35,479 nucleotides of DNA from Defluviitaleaceae bacterium (GTDB lineage: Bacteria; Bacillota; Clostridia; Lachnospirales; WRAX01): NCBI GenBank assembly GCA_009787945.1, contig WQSI01000002.1, forward strand, positions 1 to 35,479, read 5' to 3'. Shown piece after piece: positions 33,556-35,479 of this stretch. The notes beneath the pieces are model-generated. The model saw nothing but the letters and a program-made list of their open reading frames with translations, was not told the origin of the DNA and searched no databases. A program made the position numbers and the translations under genes. Each line of letters opens with the position of its first letter. Within the stretch, counting starts at the first letter, position 1.

Positions 33556-33792
33556 TTGGGGGTTGATAGTATTAGTGAATTTGATTTTGAAGGCGGCTTG
33601 CGCCGATTGGATGATATTACACAGCAGATTGAGGAAGGGGAAACCACCTTGGCTCGGTCATTGGAATTATATAAGGAAGGCGTTGCTGTTGCGGCAGATT
33701 GCGCCGCCGCTTTAAACGGCATTGAAGCGGAGATTATGATTTTACAGCAGAAAGAGGGCGAGGTTGTTCTTGTGCCTTTTAAAGGTGATTAA
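33556..33792 (+). CDS. xseB: Exodeoxyribonuclease VII small subunit
   Basis: FEGGLRRLDDITQQIEEGETTLARSLELYKEG matches the XseB helical hairpin. The start is uncertain: TTG at 33556 is only about 9 nt after the -10 box, and alternatives are ATT at 33571 and TTG at 33598. Confidence 0.78.
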   Translation: MGVDSISEFDFEGGLRRLDDITQQIEEGETTLARSLELYKEGVAVAADCAAALNGIEAEIMILQQKEGEVVLVPFKGD

Positions 33793-33793
33793 T

Positions 33794-34591
33794 ATGGATT
33801 TTAAGATGGAATTATCAAAACGAATGGGAATTATAGATAGCTCATTGGAGCATTATTTAGGTGTTTTAAAAAATGAAGTGCAAGAGGATTTGTACGAAGC
33901 CATGACATATAGTGTGTTTTCTGGCGGGAAGCGTTTGCGCTCCGTTATTTTAATGGAAGTTTTTGGAATGTTGGGAGGCGAGGAAAACCGCGCCCTGCCC
34001 TTTGCTTGCGCCTTAGAAATGATACATGCATACTCCCTTATACATGACGATTTGCCAGCCATGGATGATGATGATATGCGCCGCGGAAAACCCACCAACC
34101 ACAAGGTTTTTGGGGAAGGTATGGCTATTTTAGCGGGGGATGCTCTGCTTAACCGTGCCTATGAAATTATGGCAGATTTTTGTGCCGAAAATGAAGGCAA
34201 GCATTACTTGCGTGCTATGAGCAAAATCGCTAAATATGCTGGTTCTATGGGAATGGTAGGGGGTCAAGCCCTTGACATTAAGCTTGCTGGTCAAAGAACC
34301 GATGATAAGCAATTGGAATTTATTTACACAAAGAAAACAGCAAAACTTTTTATGGCTGCCTTTGAAGGCGGTGCGCTATGTGCGGATGCCGACCTTGAAA
34401 CATTAGGGATTATGGAGAAAATTGGGCTTGATTTCGGCTTTGCTTTTCAAGCTTTGGATGATATTGACGACAACGACCCAAACGCAGGGCGCATAGCCCC
34501 TCCTAACATGGAGGGTCATATCAGTTGGATAAGAGATTATGAAAAAGGCGGGTTTTTGGCGGACTTAATTGAGAGGATTATCACCCAATGA
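33794..34591 (+). CDS. ispA: Polyprenyl (farnesyl/geranylgeranyl) diphosphate synthase
   Basis: The first Asp-rich motif (FARM) is DDLPAMDDDDMRRGKP and the second (SARM) is DDIDD. I chose the ATG at 33794 (MDFKMEL) just after the xseB stop. The region after the second motif is short. Confidence 0.85.
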   Translation: MDFKMELSKRMGIIDSSLEHYLGVLKNEVQEDLYEAMTYSVFSGGKRLRSVILMEVFGMLGGEENRALPFACALEMIHAYSLIHDDLPAMDDDDMRRGKPTNHKVFGEGMAILAGDALLNRAYEIMADFCAENEGKHYLRAMSKIAKYAGSMGMVGGQALDIKLAGQRTDDKQLEFIYTKKTAKLFMAAFEGGALCADADLETLGIMEKIGLDFGFAFQALDDIDDNDPNAGRIAPPNMEGHISWIRDYEKGGFLADLIERIITQ

Positions 34592-35479
34592 GATATTTGT
34601 ATAAAATTAATAGCCCTATAGATTTGAAGGGGCTTAGAATAACCCAGATGAACGCTCTAGCGGCGGAAATGCGGGATTTTTTGGTTAAATCGGTATCAAA
34701 AACTGGCGGACATTTAGCCAGCAATTTAGGGGTGGTGGAAATTGCCATGGCTTTGCATTATTGCCTAAATTCCCCGACGGATAAAATTGTTTGGGATGTG
34801 GGTCATCAATGTTATCCCCACAAAATTTTGACAGGCCGAAGGGATGACTTCGCCAATTTGCGACAATTTGGCGGAATGTCAGGGTTTATCAAGTCTAGTG
34901 AGAGCGAACATGATAGTTTTGATGTTGGTCACAGCTCCACCTCTCTGTCGGTCGCCCACGGAATGGCTGTGGCGCGGGATTTGCAGGGGCAGTGCCACAA
35001 AGTTGCCGCTGTTATCGGTGATGGAGCAATCACCAGCGGGCTTGCTTTGGAAGCCATGAATAATATTGGGCGCAGTAATTCTAATATGTTGGTGGTGCTG
35101 AATGATAACAACATGTCAATTTCCGAGAATGTGGGGGCGTTGTCTGGTCATTTAGGGGACATACGCACGTCACCATCTTACATAGGCGCGAAAAGGGGCT
35201 TGCAAAGCCTTTTGGACAGTGTGCCAACGGTGGGGAAAACTGCCGAAAAATACCTAACCAAAGCGAAAACGCGGCTTAAATATGTGTTGCAGTCTGGGGT
35301 TTTGTTTGAGGAATTGGGCTTTAATTACTATGGCCCAATTGACGGGCATAATTTGGCGCAGTTGATTGAAACCATCGGCAATTTACAGCAGGTTGATGGT
35401 CCAGTGTTGCTCCATGTTGTCACCCAAAAAGGAAAGGGTTATGCCCCTGCCGAACGGGAAAGCTGCCATTTTCACGGGG
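34588..35479 (+). CDS. dxs: 1-deoxy-D-xylulose-5-phosphate synthase (3'-truncated by window end)
   Basis: My translation from ATG 34588 (ATGA overlap with the ispA stop) gives MRYLYKINSPIDLKGL...GGHLASNLGVVE...WDVGHQCYPHKILTGRR...IGDGAITSG...LNDNNMSIS, which carries the canonical Dxs/TPP motifs. It is absent from the ORF track because no stop falls within the window. Confidence 0.93.
   Translation, partial: MRYLYKINSPIDLKGLRITQMNALAAEMRDFLVKSVSKTGGHLASNLGVVEIAMALHYCLNSPTDKIVWDVGHQCYPHKILTGRRDDFANLRQFGGMSGFIKSSESEHDSFDVGHSSTSLSVAHGMAVARDLQGQCHKVAAVIGDGAITSGLALEAMNNIGRSNSNMLVVLNDNNMSISENVGALSGHLGDIRTSPSYIGAKRGLQSLLDSVPTVGKTAEKYLTKAKTRLKYVLQSGVLFEELGFNYYGPIDGHNLAQLIETIGNLQQVDGPVLLHVVTQKGKGYAPAERESCHFHG

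Noticed and set aside
1-35479. Checked for CRISPR arrays, integrase/transposase genes, prophage modules and recognisable defence-system genes.
   Set aside because: No regularly spaced direct repeats were found; the palindromic repeats are dispersed single copies. No recombinase-like ORF lies next to the tRNA, and no nuclease, helicase or methylase clusters are present. The only accessory-like signals are those listed as findings.

Overview
This window looks like chromosomal DNA from a spore-forming anaerobic Firmicute of Clostridia type. The support is yaaL-bofA, pflB-pflA and the DUF512-der-plsY synteny; the exact taxon needs a database search. Most of it is housekeeping: nucleotide salvage (pdp, apt, a long Prs-like kinase), recJ, pgeF, der, plsY, an ABC-F ATPase, tRNA-Arg(ACG), pyruvate formate-lyase with its activase, and a B12-binding radical SAM gene with two tandem GNAT genes. 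It also holds a PrsA-like lipoprotein, a five-gene peptide/nickel-type ABC importer, a NitT/TauT-type ABC pair with no binding protein, and xseB-ispA-dxs (dxs is cut off at the window end). The most interesting signal is below the 60-aa ORF-track threshold at 1..590. Two tandem paralogous roughly 38-aa membrane-peptide ORFs are each opposed by an exact TTGACA-N17-TATAAT antisense promoter and share hairpin terminators, which is the layout of 3'-overlapping type I toxin-antitoxin loci. Other notable points: a palindromic REP/MITE-like repeat family with four copies, one of which supplies the stop regions of two convergent genes. A lipoprotein made of four internal ANQP...DxxGxxRxF repeats sits between recJ and apt. 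The ABC-F protein has one coherently degenerate ATP site. A relic GNAT 3' end lies next to a repeat copy. A gene-poor stretch flanks the tRNA. All functional calls rest on motif recognition by eye; no searches or folding calculations were run.
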